A stretch of DNA of 64,000 nucleotides from Eledone cirrhosa (GCA_964016885.1 OZ024740.1:181102001-181166000); one strand, 5' to 3'; counted from the stretch's first letter, positions 30,390 to 42,663 are shown. The notes: generated by a model from the sequence alone, not told the origin. Program-made: numbers and translations.

Positions 30390-31023
30390 CCAAAGAACGG
30401 GGCGAAACACTGAATGTTGCCGCTAACAGCAGCGATTCGAACATTTAGTTAAAACGTGTTATTTCCGACAAGGGAAATAAACCCCGGTTTTTCGGCGGGT
30501 CATTCAAAATGTCAGACAAAGGAAATATTATAATTTTCGCTAACATTCAGAATAAGCTCTCAACCTGATGTTATTAAACAAACACACATAATTAACCAAT
30601 CAAACAGAATTGTCTAATAAAATTAATTAGTTAATTATTAAATCTAGGAGAAAATACTATAATTGGAGGCTTAGTAAAATCGAATCTTTGGCGTAGTGCA
30701 AGCAAATTCGACATACGATATGAATGAGTTAGCAAAGCACTCGACAAGAGTAGGTCCTTAGAGTAGTAACATACGTTTAAATAGCTTGACAAATTGAACA
30801 TTGTGGTAGGCAAAATCTAACACACAATACGAAAGTACGAAAGAACTAACAGGTTGAAAAAATACACCTGGACAAATCAAACGTTATACGTTTAAAGTGT
30901 TTCTATGAATCCGAAATCAAATATCAGACTTACGTAACTGGCAAGCTTGTGGTATTCATGGTCGAACAGAGGACTCATTTCACCAACAGGAATTTCGTTC
31001 TACCAAGAACGGGGCGAAACACT
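30390..31023. mobile_element. About 630-bp element bounded by ~22-bp direct repeats
   Basis: ccaa(a)gaacggggcgaaacact at 30390..30411 and ~31003..31023, abutting a TA tract. Confidence 0.6.
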
Positions 31024-31035
31024 AATATATATATA

Positions 31036-32260
31036 TCAACTTAGCATTCAACATATGAAATCCGCACTCCCACACAGACCACGACAGAAAAACTATAATA
31101 TTATTTAAACAGCTTCTAGCCTCCTTAATTCTATACCACAGTAATGTCTGCAAACATCTTATCAGACCAAAAATCTATCTCTTCTCTGCTGCTGCCCAAA
31201 ACCACCTTGGACCAAGCAATTATATCTCACATTAGCACTGATGATCTTCAACAGATGAACTTAATTCTAAGTACATTATTGTACTACTACTACAGTCCTT
31301 GAAATATCACTTTCCTCCTGTTGTTATAATGAACACCCCAATATATCCGCAATAGTATTCATCATGTTCTCTATATATACATTGCTTTCTCTACTACTGT
31401 ATTACCCTATTGCCTCTATTGTTGTTATTGTTGCCTTATTCATGCACGATTTATTATTGACGCTGTGATATCTGAACACCCATGATTCGAACTAACAATC
31501 CCTTCATCTAATATAGGCCACTTAAATAACGAATCTACAACTCCACTTTACACCACATAAAAATTACAACAATGAATATTTTATCTGTCAGATAATAAAT
31601 AAAAAATCAACTTACGGCCAGCAAACCGACAGTAAAGCAGATAGTCCATAATTCCAGGCCCCAAGTTATCTCTTTGCCAACTTTGCACTATATCTAGTGT
31701 ACCCCATGGCAGCCTTCACATGTCAATTTCATACATCTGTATAATATCAGTTCGTTTTGCATGCTAAGGTCATCATTATACTCTATTTCTTACTTAGATT
31801 GATGTTGTGATTGTTTTAACTATTTACTATCTAGCTAATTTATTTGAGTATTGTTATTATTGTTCTGATTTAATACCACTACTATATATAGTAGCCATGC
31901 CTGTATATATCCTTCATTCTCGCATGTTCTGATGAATAGATTTGTTATAACAAAGTATTGGTGACGATTGACGCAAAATCAGGCGGATAGCGATCTCTAG
32001 ACCTACCAGTTCAGAGAAACAATTGTCAGCAATGTGAATAAACCCCTTATTGTATAGCAAACCGTGCCACGCTTCTTACTTGATTTATTATTACTCTCAA
32101 GTATAAACTGCATAGAAATCACCGCGTACTCGCAGCATCACTATGGAAACGTCTTGTTGAGTCAAACTTAGCCAAGCGTTAATACTAAACACTACTCGGA
32201 GTACTCTAACTGGACTACATCTAAGTGGACTACCTATAACGATAATTTGTTATCCGGTAT
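31036..32260 (+). mobile_element. Probable decayed PLE 3' end/pLTR with a degenerate hammerhead
   Basis: HHR-like 31921..32036: cgcatgtt CTGATGA (~80 nt) GAAA caattg TC agcaatgtg, then AATAAA. Bounded by TA tracts. Confidence 0.45.
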
Positions 32261-32280
32261 ATATATGTATATATATATAT

Positions 32281-32340
32281 TAAAATAAAAGATTAAAGTT
32301 TAAGCAAATAATCTCTGCTTTCACCCTTAACGAGATCTTC
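32281..32340. mobile_element. Single arm of palindromic MITE family A
   Basis: gattaaagtttaagcaaataatctctgctttcacccttaacgagatcttc matches the 13841 and 15713 arms. Confidence 0.75.
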
Positions 32341-32359
32341 ACATTTATTATCATTACGA

Positions 32360-32939
32360 TATATATATATATAAGTTGTAGTTCCTGTCTGTTTATTTGT
32401 TTGTTCATGACACCCATAACCATGTATATTCTGAAACTACATTGCCCAGGATACTTGGATAAGTATATTTCATTTTAATCAAAGGGTTCCCCGGAGGCAC
32501 AAACACCCGCTGGCTCCCTCTGAAAATCTTTTCTCCTCGATTTATAAGAAATTTAATCCATAGGTATCTGTCAAGATATGATGCCTATTCCCAATATTAT
32601 TAAGACACTCTAATGGGGGTTAAACCCCCTATAGTGAACATTTTGGAAGCCCATATCTTGAGTATTGTAACCTCTATTATCACAGGGGTTTTCTATCAAT
32701 TAAACGTAAATCCACAAAAAAAGCACCAATCGTTTATAGTAAAATTTGGCTAATTTAGAGATTTTAGCTTCGGCGAGACATCGCTAGAATTATAACAAAA
32801 TATGTTAGTTAATGCCGCTACTTTTTAAAAATTCTCCCTTTATTTTTTCTCCTTAAATTATATCACTGATTTAAAAGCAATCATCATTTTCTTACCAAAA
32901 AAATGTGTGAGACGCAGCAACGCGCGGGTAATTCGGCTA
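32360..32939 (+). mobile_element. Non-autonomous Helitron-like element
   Basis: 5' tatataag followed by a (GTTT/GTCT)-like tract. The 3' end is a GC hairpin acgcagcaacgcgcggg then taattcggCTA, the layout of Lep1-type non-autonomous Helitrons. Confidence 0.65.
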
Positions 32940-33011
32940 TATATATATATATATGTATATATACAGTGACGAAACATAAGTCAATTGCATGAACTCATAA
33001 TCTTTTATTGT

Positions 33012-33065
33012 CTGCTATATATATTTCGATGATAGGCATTAAATGGCTATGAGCTCATCAGGCAG
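33012..33065 (-). ncRNA. Type I hammerhead ribozyme
   Basis: ctgc CTGATGA gctcatagccatttaatgcctatcatc GAAA tatata TA|gcag, then AATAAA. G10.1-C11.1 is present, and stem II has mismatches. Confidence 0.75.
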
Positions 33066-33150
33066 TTAGTCAGTTCTTAGATATACCAGCTCGGTGTTTA
33101 TGGTGTTGATGGTATCAGAGCCTTGTGACATATGAGCTTGCTAGGGATAA

Positions 33151-33378
<228 letters not shown>

Positions 33379-33451
33379 TTACCGACTCTATTATCCAAAC
33401 TATTCAGTAACCTGGTGCCTTATGGTCCACATGCTTCATTAGCACACTTCG

Positions 33452-33494
<43 letters not shown>

Positions 33495-33548
33495 TAAAAA
33501 AATAATGAATAAAACAATGAAACAGTTCCTTATATTAAACAAAAAAAG

Positions 33549-33701
33549 TTCATTATTTAACGATCGTTTCTAGGACATATATGTGTTAGAATTGGCATGC
33601 ATATTCAACAGATCTATGTACAAAATTATACAAAATTATACAAACTATCAAATTTAATATACATACCAACACATACATATGCCGTCTTCAGAAATAATGA
33701 A
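33549..33701 (-). ncRNA. Type I hammerhead ribozyme (long stem II), inverted pLTR copy
   Basis: Reverse complement of 40625..40777. Confidence 0.8.
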
Positions 33702-34258
33702 ATATATTTATTGATAATAACAACAATTCAAAATTACAAGTCTGTTTGGGAACAGAGTTCAAATTGACCAATGAAATACACAAAAATATATCAATAAAAT
33801 ACAGTTAGGTGTGTGTATATATGTAAGTAACTTCGTTCACAGATATGCATAAAAATATATGTTCACATGCATACGCATGTCGAAAAAATGTATGTAAATA
33901 CAAAAATTCAGGGCTAATGTCTCTGTATGTTTATAATCTACAGACAAATACACATACGTATATAAACATATATACATTCATATATACACACATATACATA
34001 CATTCACACACACACGCGCATATACACATAAACATACACATAACCACGAACATACACACACACACCCACCCACACATATGTATATATTATTATTATAAGC
34101 ATATGGACATTAAGGCGCACACATAATATAAGCACTGCCACATATATTTACATCTAGATGCAGAAAGTAGGTAAGGGGGTCAGTAATTACTACGGGTGTC
34201 AAACAACTGCCTATTTATAAAATGTATCTATAAATTTAGAAATAAAAAGAAATATATT

Positions 34259-34290
<32 letters not shown>

Positions 34291-34536
34291 TAAACAAGTA
34301 AAATATAAAATATACATCGATATACATATATCGTCAGTCATCTTACCATCCCATTCCTTCTAACTAGCCTCTGTGTCACGTGATTGATTCTTTAGAATCG
34401 GCCATTTGACTTGAAGCAGTGAGAATTTCGGTACATAGAATCCAGTCCTCGCAAGCTGTTCGATCTACCGAATTATTATTATTTTTATATGAGCCGCCAG
34501 TGTCCGCGCATTGCCTGGAGACTTAACTGAGAATAG

Positions 34537-34618
34537 ACTCCCTGATGACGCAATGAATTCTCGACAGTTGGATTACGTAACTGTCTTTATCCCATTGCAG
34601 AAACTAATTAGTTGGAGT
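34537..34618 (+). ncRNA. Type I hammerhead ribozyme (unit 1)
   Basis: actcc CTGATGA c-gcaatg...cattgc-a GAAA ctaattag TT|ggagt. Stem II carries an internal hairpin gacagtt/aactgtc. Predicted cleavage after 34613. Confidence 0.85.
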
Positions 34619-35095
34619 GAAAATTTAAGTAAGAAAAAATTTTTTTTTTTTAATTTTTTTAAAGAAATATTTTCTTATTTTACGTCCTTTATATTATTGT
34701 TCTGCATTCTCCTGCATTGAACCACCTAGGTACTATGACATAACCTGTGTATTTGCTGGCATGGGCGTGCATCTGTGCGCTTATGTTAGTTGATATATTA
34801 AATTATCTATATTTATCTCCAAATCACTGATTTGTCGAGCAAACTTGTCAAAACCACTTCTAAAAAAATTTTTTTTGGGGTGTTAGTAGGCGTCAGTCAT
34901 CTTACCATCCCATTCCTTCTAACTAGCCTCTGTGTCACGTGATTGATTCTTTAGAATCGGCCATTTGACTTGAAGCAGTGAGAATTTCGGTACATAGAAT
35001 CCAGTCCTCGCAAGCTGTTCGATCTACCGAATTATTATTATTTTTATATGAGCCGCCAGTGTCCGCGCATTGCCTGGAGACTTAACTGAGAATAG

Positions 35096-35177
35096 ACTCC
35101 CTGATGACGCAATGAATTCTCGACAGTTGGATTACGTAACTGTCTTTATCCCATTGCAGAAACTAATTAGTTGGAGT
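35096..35177 (+). ncRNA. Type I hammerhead ribozyme (unit 2)
   Basis: Identical motif 559 bp downstream. Predicted cleavage after 35172. Confidence 0.85.
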
Positions 35178-35374
35178 GAAAATTTAAGTAAGAAAAAATT
35201 TTTTTTTTTTTTTTTTTTAATTTTTTTAAAGAAATATTTTCTTATTTTACGTCCTTTATATTATTGTTCTGCATTCTCCTGCATTGAACCACCTAGGTAC
35301 TATGACATAACCTGTGTATTTGCTGGCATGGGCGTGCATCTGTGCGCTTATGTTAGTTGATATATTAAATTATC

Positions 35375-35406
<32 letters not shown>

Positions 35407-35806
35407 TATATATACACATATATATACATATATATACACACACATATATATAGAGACACATCCATATACATATATAAATACATAGACACATATACATACA
35501 CACATATATATATATACACATATTCACAACACACATATATATATACACACACATATGTACATACACATATACACATAGATACCCATATATACACACATAC
35601 ACACATACACACACATACACACACATATACACATAGATACCCATATATACACACATACACACATATACACACATACACACACATATATACACACACGCAT
35701 ATACATAGATATATATATATATATATACATACACACACACATATATATAGACACACACACATACATATACGTATATATACTCACACACACACATATACAT
35801 ACACAT

Positions 35807-35879
<73 letters not shown>

Positions 35880-36077
35880 AAATAAATAAATAAATAAATA
35901 AATACACACAGTCAGACAATTATGCACACATATATATGTATATATACATACACACATCTCTACAAATATATATACTCACATACACACGCACACATACATA
36001 TATACAAACACACATATACATATAGACATATATATACACATATATATACACATATATATATATATACATATATATAC

Positions 36078-36114
<37 letters not shown>

Positions 36115-36225
36115 CAATCATACAATCATTCAACCTGAAGGATCATAAATCAAACTTTAACTCAAATCCTTCTATAAGACTTATATGTCCCTCCAAATCT
36201 GATATTGGAATAATTAGCAAAAAAA

Positions 36226-38001
36226 ATGTTGGATAGAGTCATCCCACAAATAAGAAAACATGTTAATTTAACACTCTGGGAAAACACTTCCCAGGTAATT
36301 AACTGGTTTAAAAATATTAGATGTAAATCTTCTGCTTCATTTCTACAATTTGATATAGATAATTACTATTCTTCTATATCACCTATACTCCTGAACAAAG
36401 CTTTGATATTTGCTAAAAATAGATCTAACTTAACTTTGGATGACATTAATATTATTACACATGCTAGACTAACACTTATTGAATTTCAGGATGAATACTG
36501 GACCAGAAACACATATAGTAATCTATTTGATATTACTATGGGTTCAAGCGATTCCGCCCAAATTACTGATCTTGTGGGCCTCTTTCTTCTTTTCAACATA
36601 AATGCTTCCTTTCCCCACCTTAAAGGTGGTTTATATCGTGATGACTGTCTTCTTCTTTCCAACAACCTTAGCCTTTCAGAAATAGAAAAAAACAAAAAGC
36701 TTATTAGAACTTTCCTTAAAGACTATTATAGTCTTCATATTATTTTTGAAAACACAAGTAAAGTAGTTAATTTCCTAGATATAACTTTAGACTTAGCTAC
36801 GGGTATCTACCAACCTTACCATAAACCCAACCAAAACTTACACTACATACACTCACAATCTAATCACCCTAAATCTATCCTTAAAAACCTTGCATATAAT
36901 ATATCACTTAGAATTTCTAACCTTTCGTCTAACCAAGATGTATTTGATAAAAATGCGACCTTCTATAACGAAGCTCTAGATAGAAGTGGCGACAAAAATA
37001 GATTAGAATATATACCTTCTACTAAAAATACTATAAACATACAACCTAATATTACCAACAAACACCAAATGAAAAGTACACACCTAAATGCCACCCACAC
37101 TATACCCCAAAATACCAACAACTCCTCTAATATAAAGTATAGTAACTCTCAAAAAACTACTCATCATACAACTCTAATAAATGTTAATAATAAAACTCCT
37201 AATAAACAAGATAAAACACCTAAATCAATAAATCTAGCTAAAAATGTGCGTGGTGAGGTCATTAACATTAATCCTCCTAGTAAACATCACGATACAACCT
37301 ATGAAAATAATAAACAACATAGAAACCGTAATAGACGAGTTACTTGGTATAATGCTCCATTTAATTTACAAATTAAGAATAATATTGCTAAAAAAATTTT
37401 TTATATCCTAGAGAAAAACTTCCCGCCAAACCACAAATACCATCAAATCTTAAATAGGTCAACAGTTAAATTCTCATACTCAACAACCAAAAACATAAAA
37501 CAAGATATAGGTGCCTATAATGCATATAAATGTAAAAATACCATAAGTATACCACCAATACATCAAACTAACCATAATATCTCCTCAAATACAGAATTAA
37601 CGAAAGGTTGTAACTGTAGAAACACAGCAAACTGCCCATTAAAAGGAAATTGTCTTGTTAACAACATAGTTTATAAATGTAATGTTAAAACTAAAGATTC
37701 TATTTGCTCATATATAGGAGCTACTTCTAACAATTTTAAGGTAAGGTTTAATACCCACAAACATAGTTTTAAAAATGCCGCACTGGCTAATACAACATCT
37801 CTAGCAGAAAAAATTAATAGTTATAGAAATAAGAATATAGAATATGATATGACCTGGAGTGTGCTCAAAAGAGCCACCCCTTATCAAAATAATAGAAATG
37901 AATGTAGATTATGTTCCCAAGAACTATTTGAAATAATGAAATCTAAGGATATCCTATTAAATAAGCGACAGGAATTATTATATCGTGTAATCATAAACTG
38001 A
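36226..38001 (+). CDS. Penelope-like reverse transcriptase plus GIY-YIG endonuclease (5'-truncated)
   Basis: RT motifs FDIDNYYSSI, ITMGS.DSAQITDLVG, GLYRDD, VNFLDITLDL, YIHSQSNHP; Cys motif CNCR....CPLKGNC; GIY-YIG IVYK...YIGAT...FKVRFNTHKHSF. The frame extends upstream to ~36130 (LKDHK..F..NP..RLICPSKSDIGIISKK) across a poly-A frameshift. Confidence 0.93.
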   Translation: MLDRVIPQIRKHVNLTLWENTSQVINWFKNIRCKSSASFLQFDIDNYYSSISPILLNKALIFAKNRSNLTLDDINIITHARLTLIEFQDEYWTRNTYSNLFDITMGSSDSAQITDLVGLFLLFNINASFPHLKGGLYRDDCLLLSNNLSLSEIEKNKKLIRTFLKDYYSLHIIFENTSKVVNFLDITLDLATGIYQPYHKPNQNLHYIHSQSNHPKSILKNLAYNISLRISNLSSNQDVFDKNATFYNEALDRSGDKNRLEYIPSTKNTINIQPNITNKHQMKSTHLNATHTIPQNTNNSSNIKYSNSQKTTHHTTLINVNNKTPNKQDKTPKSINLAKNVRGEVININPPSKHHDTTYENNKQHRNRNRRVTWYNAPFNLQIKNNIAKKIFYILEKNFPPNHKYHQILNRSTVKFSYSTTKNIKQDIGAYNAYKCKNTISIPPIHQTNHNISSNTELTKGCNCRNTANCPLKGNCLVNNIVYKCNVKTKDSICSYIGATSNNFKVRFNTHKHSFKNAALANTTSLAEKINSYRNKNIEYDMTWSVLKRATPYQNNRNECRLCSQELFEIMKSKDILLNKRQELLYRVIIN

Positions 38002-38890
38002 GAAAAACATTTAAATATTATAAACCTAATTAATAATATATATTTTAGAAATTAATATATAATTTAATTTAAATGTTAGTTAACCTATAAATTTAATTTA
38101 ATTAAAATTCTACTACAGATGAGATTATAAAATATTGTGTAATCATAAATTGTGAAAAACTTTTAAATATTATTAACATAATTAATATATACTTTGTAAA
38201 TTAATTTATAGATTAATTTTGGTTTATTTAACCTTTTATTAAAATTCCTTTACAGATGAAATATAACAAAATATCGTGTAATCAATGACAGAAAAATATT
38301 TTTTTAATATTATAAACCTAATTAATGTACAATTTAGAAATTTATTTATAAATTAATTTTAATTTAGTTAACCTATAATTTTAATTTAATTAGCTTAAAA
38401 TTAAAATTCTAATACAGATGGATTGCAGAATATCATGTAATCATAAACTGAGATAAATTTTTAAATATTTACCTAATTAATATATTCTTTACAATTAAAT
38501 ATATATATATATATATATTAATTTTAATTTTTGTTAACCTATAATTATATTCTACTATAGATAAAATACAAAATCTGCTTTAATTATTATAAACCTAATT
38601 AACATATACTATAGAAATTAATATATAATTTTTAATTTAGTTAACCTATAATTTATATTCTACTACCGATGATGAAATACTTGATTTGGTTTTCCCTATT
38701 ACTAAATTCATTTCCTAATATTGATACCATAATGTTAATATTTTTAATTTAGTTATGCTATAATTAATACTCTACTACTGTTTAACTTCAAAATTCCGCT
38801 TCAAATATTATAAACCTAAGTAGTATACACCTTAGAAATCAATATATTAACTATTTTTAATTTAGTTAACCTATAATTAATAGTCTACTT
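37980..38890. repeat. Degenerate AT-rich minisatellite (~120-150-bp units) in the PLE 3' UTR
   Basis: Recurring tattataaacctaattaa...ttagttaacctataa...ttctactacagat blocks, about 6-7 copies. Confidence 0.75.
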
Positions 38891-39173
38891 ATATTAAAAT
38901 GCATAATTTTGCCTTCTTTCTTACATTTCCCAATCCTGAAACTACTATGTAAACATATATTATGATCTAAATGCAGATTAATATTCTATGTTCCTTGAAA
39001 CCTATATTTACTATTTCCCACTAATAATTGTAATCCCCTCCCCCGCCCCTATAATTATTTGTATTTGTAAGCGTGGATGTATGTATGTGTATGTATGTAG
39101 GTATGTATGTTTGGGTGTTTGTATGTGAGTATAAAAATACATATGTGCGCATGTAAATAAGCGTGTATGATTG

Positions 39174-39204
<31 letters not shown>

Positions 39205-39392
39205 ATATATATGTGTATATATATGTGTATATATATGTCTATATGTATATCTGTGTTTGTATATATGTATGTGTGCGTGTGTATGTGAGTATATATATTT
39301 GTAGAGATGTGTGTATGTATAAATATATATATGTGTGCATAATTGTCTGACTGTGTGTATTTATTTATTTTTTATATATATATATGTATATA

Positions 39393-39447
<55 letters not shown>

Positions 39448-39667
39448 ATGTGTATGTATATGTGTGTGTGTGTGTATATATATTTATGTGTATGTATATA
39501 TCTATATATATATATATATATATATGTATATGTGTATATATATATCTCTTTATTTATGTATGTCTGAGTTGTGTGAGCGTGTGGTTGTATGTGTATATGC
39601 ATACATGGATGTGTGTGTGTATATATACGTATATGTATGTGTGTGTGTCTATATATATGTGTGTGTG

Positions 39668-39714
<47 letters not shown>

Positions 39715-40003
39715 ATATGTGTGTGTGTATATATGTGTGTGTATGTGTATATATATATGGGTATCTATGTGTATATGTGTATGTACATATGTGTGTGTAT
39801 ATATATATGTGTGTTGTGAATATGTGTATATATATATGTGTGTATGTATATGTGTCTATGTATTTATATATGTATATGGATGTGTCTCTATATATATGTG
39901 TGTGTATATATATGTATATATATGTGTATATATATATATATATATATGTGTATATACATATATATATATATATGTATATCGATGTGTATTTTATATTTTA
40001 CTT

Positions 40004-40054
<51 letters not shown>

Positions 40055-40624
40055 AATATATTTCTTTTTATTTCTAAATTTATAGATACATTTTATAAAT
40101 AGGCAGTTGTTTGACACCCGTAGTAATTACTGACCCCCTTAACTACTTTCTGCATCTAGATGTAAATATATGTGGCAGTGCTTATATTATGTGTGCGCCT
40201 TAATGTCCATATGCTTATAATAATAATATATACATATGTGTGTGCGTGTATGTGGGTGTGTGTGTGTGTGTATGTTCGTGGTTATGTGTATGTTTATGTG
40301 TATATGCGCGTGTGTGTGTGAATGTATGTATATGTGTGTATATATGAATGTATATATGTTTATATACGTATGTGTATTTTGTCTGTAGATTATAAACATA
40401 CAGAGACATTAGCCCTGAATTTTTGTATTTACATACATTTTTTCGACATGCGTATGCATGTGAACATATATTTTTATGCATATCTGTGAACGAAGTTACT
40501 TACATATATACACACACCTAACTGTATTTTATTGATATATTTTTGTGTATTTCATTGGTCAATTTGAACTCTGTTCCCAAACAGACCTGTAATTTTGAAT
40601 TGTTGTTATTATCAATAAATATAT

Positions 40625-40777
40625 TTCATTATTTCTGAAGACGGCATATGTATGTGTTGGTATGTATATTAAATTTGATAGTTTGTATAATTTTGTATAA
40701 TTTTGTACATAGATCTGTTGAATATGCATGCCAATTCTAACACATATATGTCCTAGAAACGATCGTTAAATAATGAA
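40625..40777 (+). ncRNA. Type I hammerhead ribozyme in the PLE pLTR (long stem II)
   Basis: ttcattattt CTGAAGA c-ggcatatgtatgtgttgg...ctaacacatatatgtcc-ta GAAA cgatcg TT|aaataatgaa. Perfect 10-bp stem I and palindromic stem III. Predicted cleavage after 40767. Confidence 0.82.
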
Positions 40778-42158
40778 CTTTTTTTGTTTAATATAAGGAA
40801 CTGTGTCATTGTTTTATTCATTATTTTTTTAATATTTTAATATTTTATCTTGACTCTGTATTCCGTTTATCTTTCACCGAAAGTGATTTTGAATGCATCT
40901 CTTCTTTCCATGATATCCGGATTACATTGAGTTCTTCATACGGATTGGACACTACCGTAAACTCTTGATAGATTTATCTACATATATATATATATATATG
41001 TGTGTAGAATTTGCATTTAATTTGTTGGAATTCCGACAAACATAAATGCTTATAACTGATTTAGAGCACTCAACAGCTTAGTGGATTAAATATTCCAAGA
41101 TATTAAATTATGTGTTGAGGAAACTTTCTTCATACTTAAATGTAAGAACTCTATTAATTTACGTATGAATTTGTTTAGTTCTTGTAAACATCGCCTAAAT
41201 TCTACGTTTAGAACTATATATAAATTATAATTACACTTATAATATTTCTACTTATTTCCATATATTGATTGATATAATTTCACTCATTAAAATATCCTAA
41301 ATTATATACGTATATGATCCTAAACTTTTAAATGTTAATTTTTAATTTTAACTTTAATTCCATATATTTTTTAAGGTTTCTTAATTCTTTATCCTTTATT
41401 ATCCTTCTTAAATGCTTCATTTTTCATATTTTTTATTATTTTTTACTTCATATATTTTAAAAATTACTAAATTTTGAAAAAATTACTTATTTAAGCATAA
41501 AAAAAAAATTACATATTTTTTTTTTAAATCTAATTATCTGTTATATAAACAAATTTTCTTAATGTTTTTTTTTTTTTTTCTAAAAATTAAAAAAAATGTT
41601 TGAAGGTTTTTTGAAGGTTTTTCAAATACTTTTAAAATATTCTTTAAATATTTTAAAAATATTTTCTGAAAATTTGTTTTTTCAATTTTCCAGAATGTTT
41701 AATATATTCAATATTTTAAAATAATTTATTGATTTTTAACTAAAAACTAATTTAGGCTAAATAGATCTTTCAATATTTATATCTTTAACAAAATGGGTTA
41801 TTTTTCTATCTAATCTTTTATATATATTTATTTTTCTATATATATCTATTTTCTTTATCTACTATTAATTGTAAATATTATATTATATTAGAAAAGAATT
41901 CTAACAACAATTTAATACTAACTATACGGATCATTACTAGATATAAACTTAAAACTTACTTACGTTACATGACTTCTGTTCATCCTCTTGTAAATTTCTT
42001 CTCTCTATCCATATCAAAATAATAATTGTTTCTCTCTCTCTCTCACATTTCTTTCTCCAGCGTCATTTAAATAAACGGTTGTTTTTTTCTTGGATAGTGA
42101 CTATCCAAGGAAAACTTCAACCGTATATATATGTGTGTGTGTAAATATATATATATGC

Positions 42159-42228
<70 letters not shown>

Positions 42229-42544
42229 GTACATATTCGCTAATTTTAAGCATAACATATTTCGATAGATATTGACCATGTTTTATTAGTGAACACAACA
42301 ATATGTTCTTGATAAAACTTGATATAACAACGTCTTTGCAATTACAGTTTTCTTACAACAATCGTGCTGCCTTTGGCAATCCTAGCTGCAATGATTTCTC
42401 TAGAAATAATGATTTACATATTTTAAGAAATATGGCGACTGCTTTATAATTTATAAATTCCATGCACAATGAAATATTTTGACTACAACAAGCAAGCCAC
42501 ATAAACATATGCGGATGTTGATACAACCAATACTACTGCTCCTG

Positions 42545-42564
42545 TAGCTGCTGCTGCTGCTCTG

Positions 42565-42663
<99 letters not shown>
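42545..42663. repeat. (GCT)n/(CTA)n microsatellite
   Basis: Read directly from the sequence. Confidence 0.97.

Larger units (their letters stand above)
34332..35374 (+). mobile_element. Retrozyme-like tandem repeat: 559-bp unit x ~1.87, one hammerhead per unit
   Basis: cgtcagtcatcttacc at 34332 and 34891. The copies appear identical except for poly-T length. No credible ORF. Inserted in a TA tract. Confidence 0.85.
33487..40839 (+). mobile_element. Penelope-like retroelement, 5'-truncated, with an inverted copy of its 3' end at the 5' side
   Basis: 33487..36124 is the reverse complement of 39164..40839 apart from a ~1.04-kb insert. The RT-GIY-YIG ORF starts right at the inversion junction. 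Confidence 0.92.

Noticed and set aside
34511-35360. Duplicated MPGDLTENRLPDD ORFs in the 559-bp unit
   Set aside because: They start at TTG, run through poly-T with different frames in the two copies, and overlap the ribozyme. Likely spurious.
41000-41150. Minus-strand NLISWNI, resembling an APE endonuclease start
   Set aside because: Immediately followed by stops, with no further motifs.
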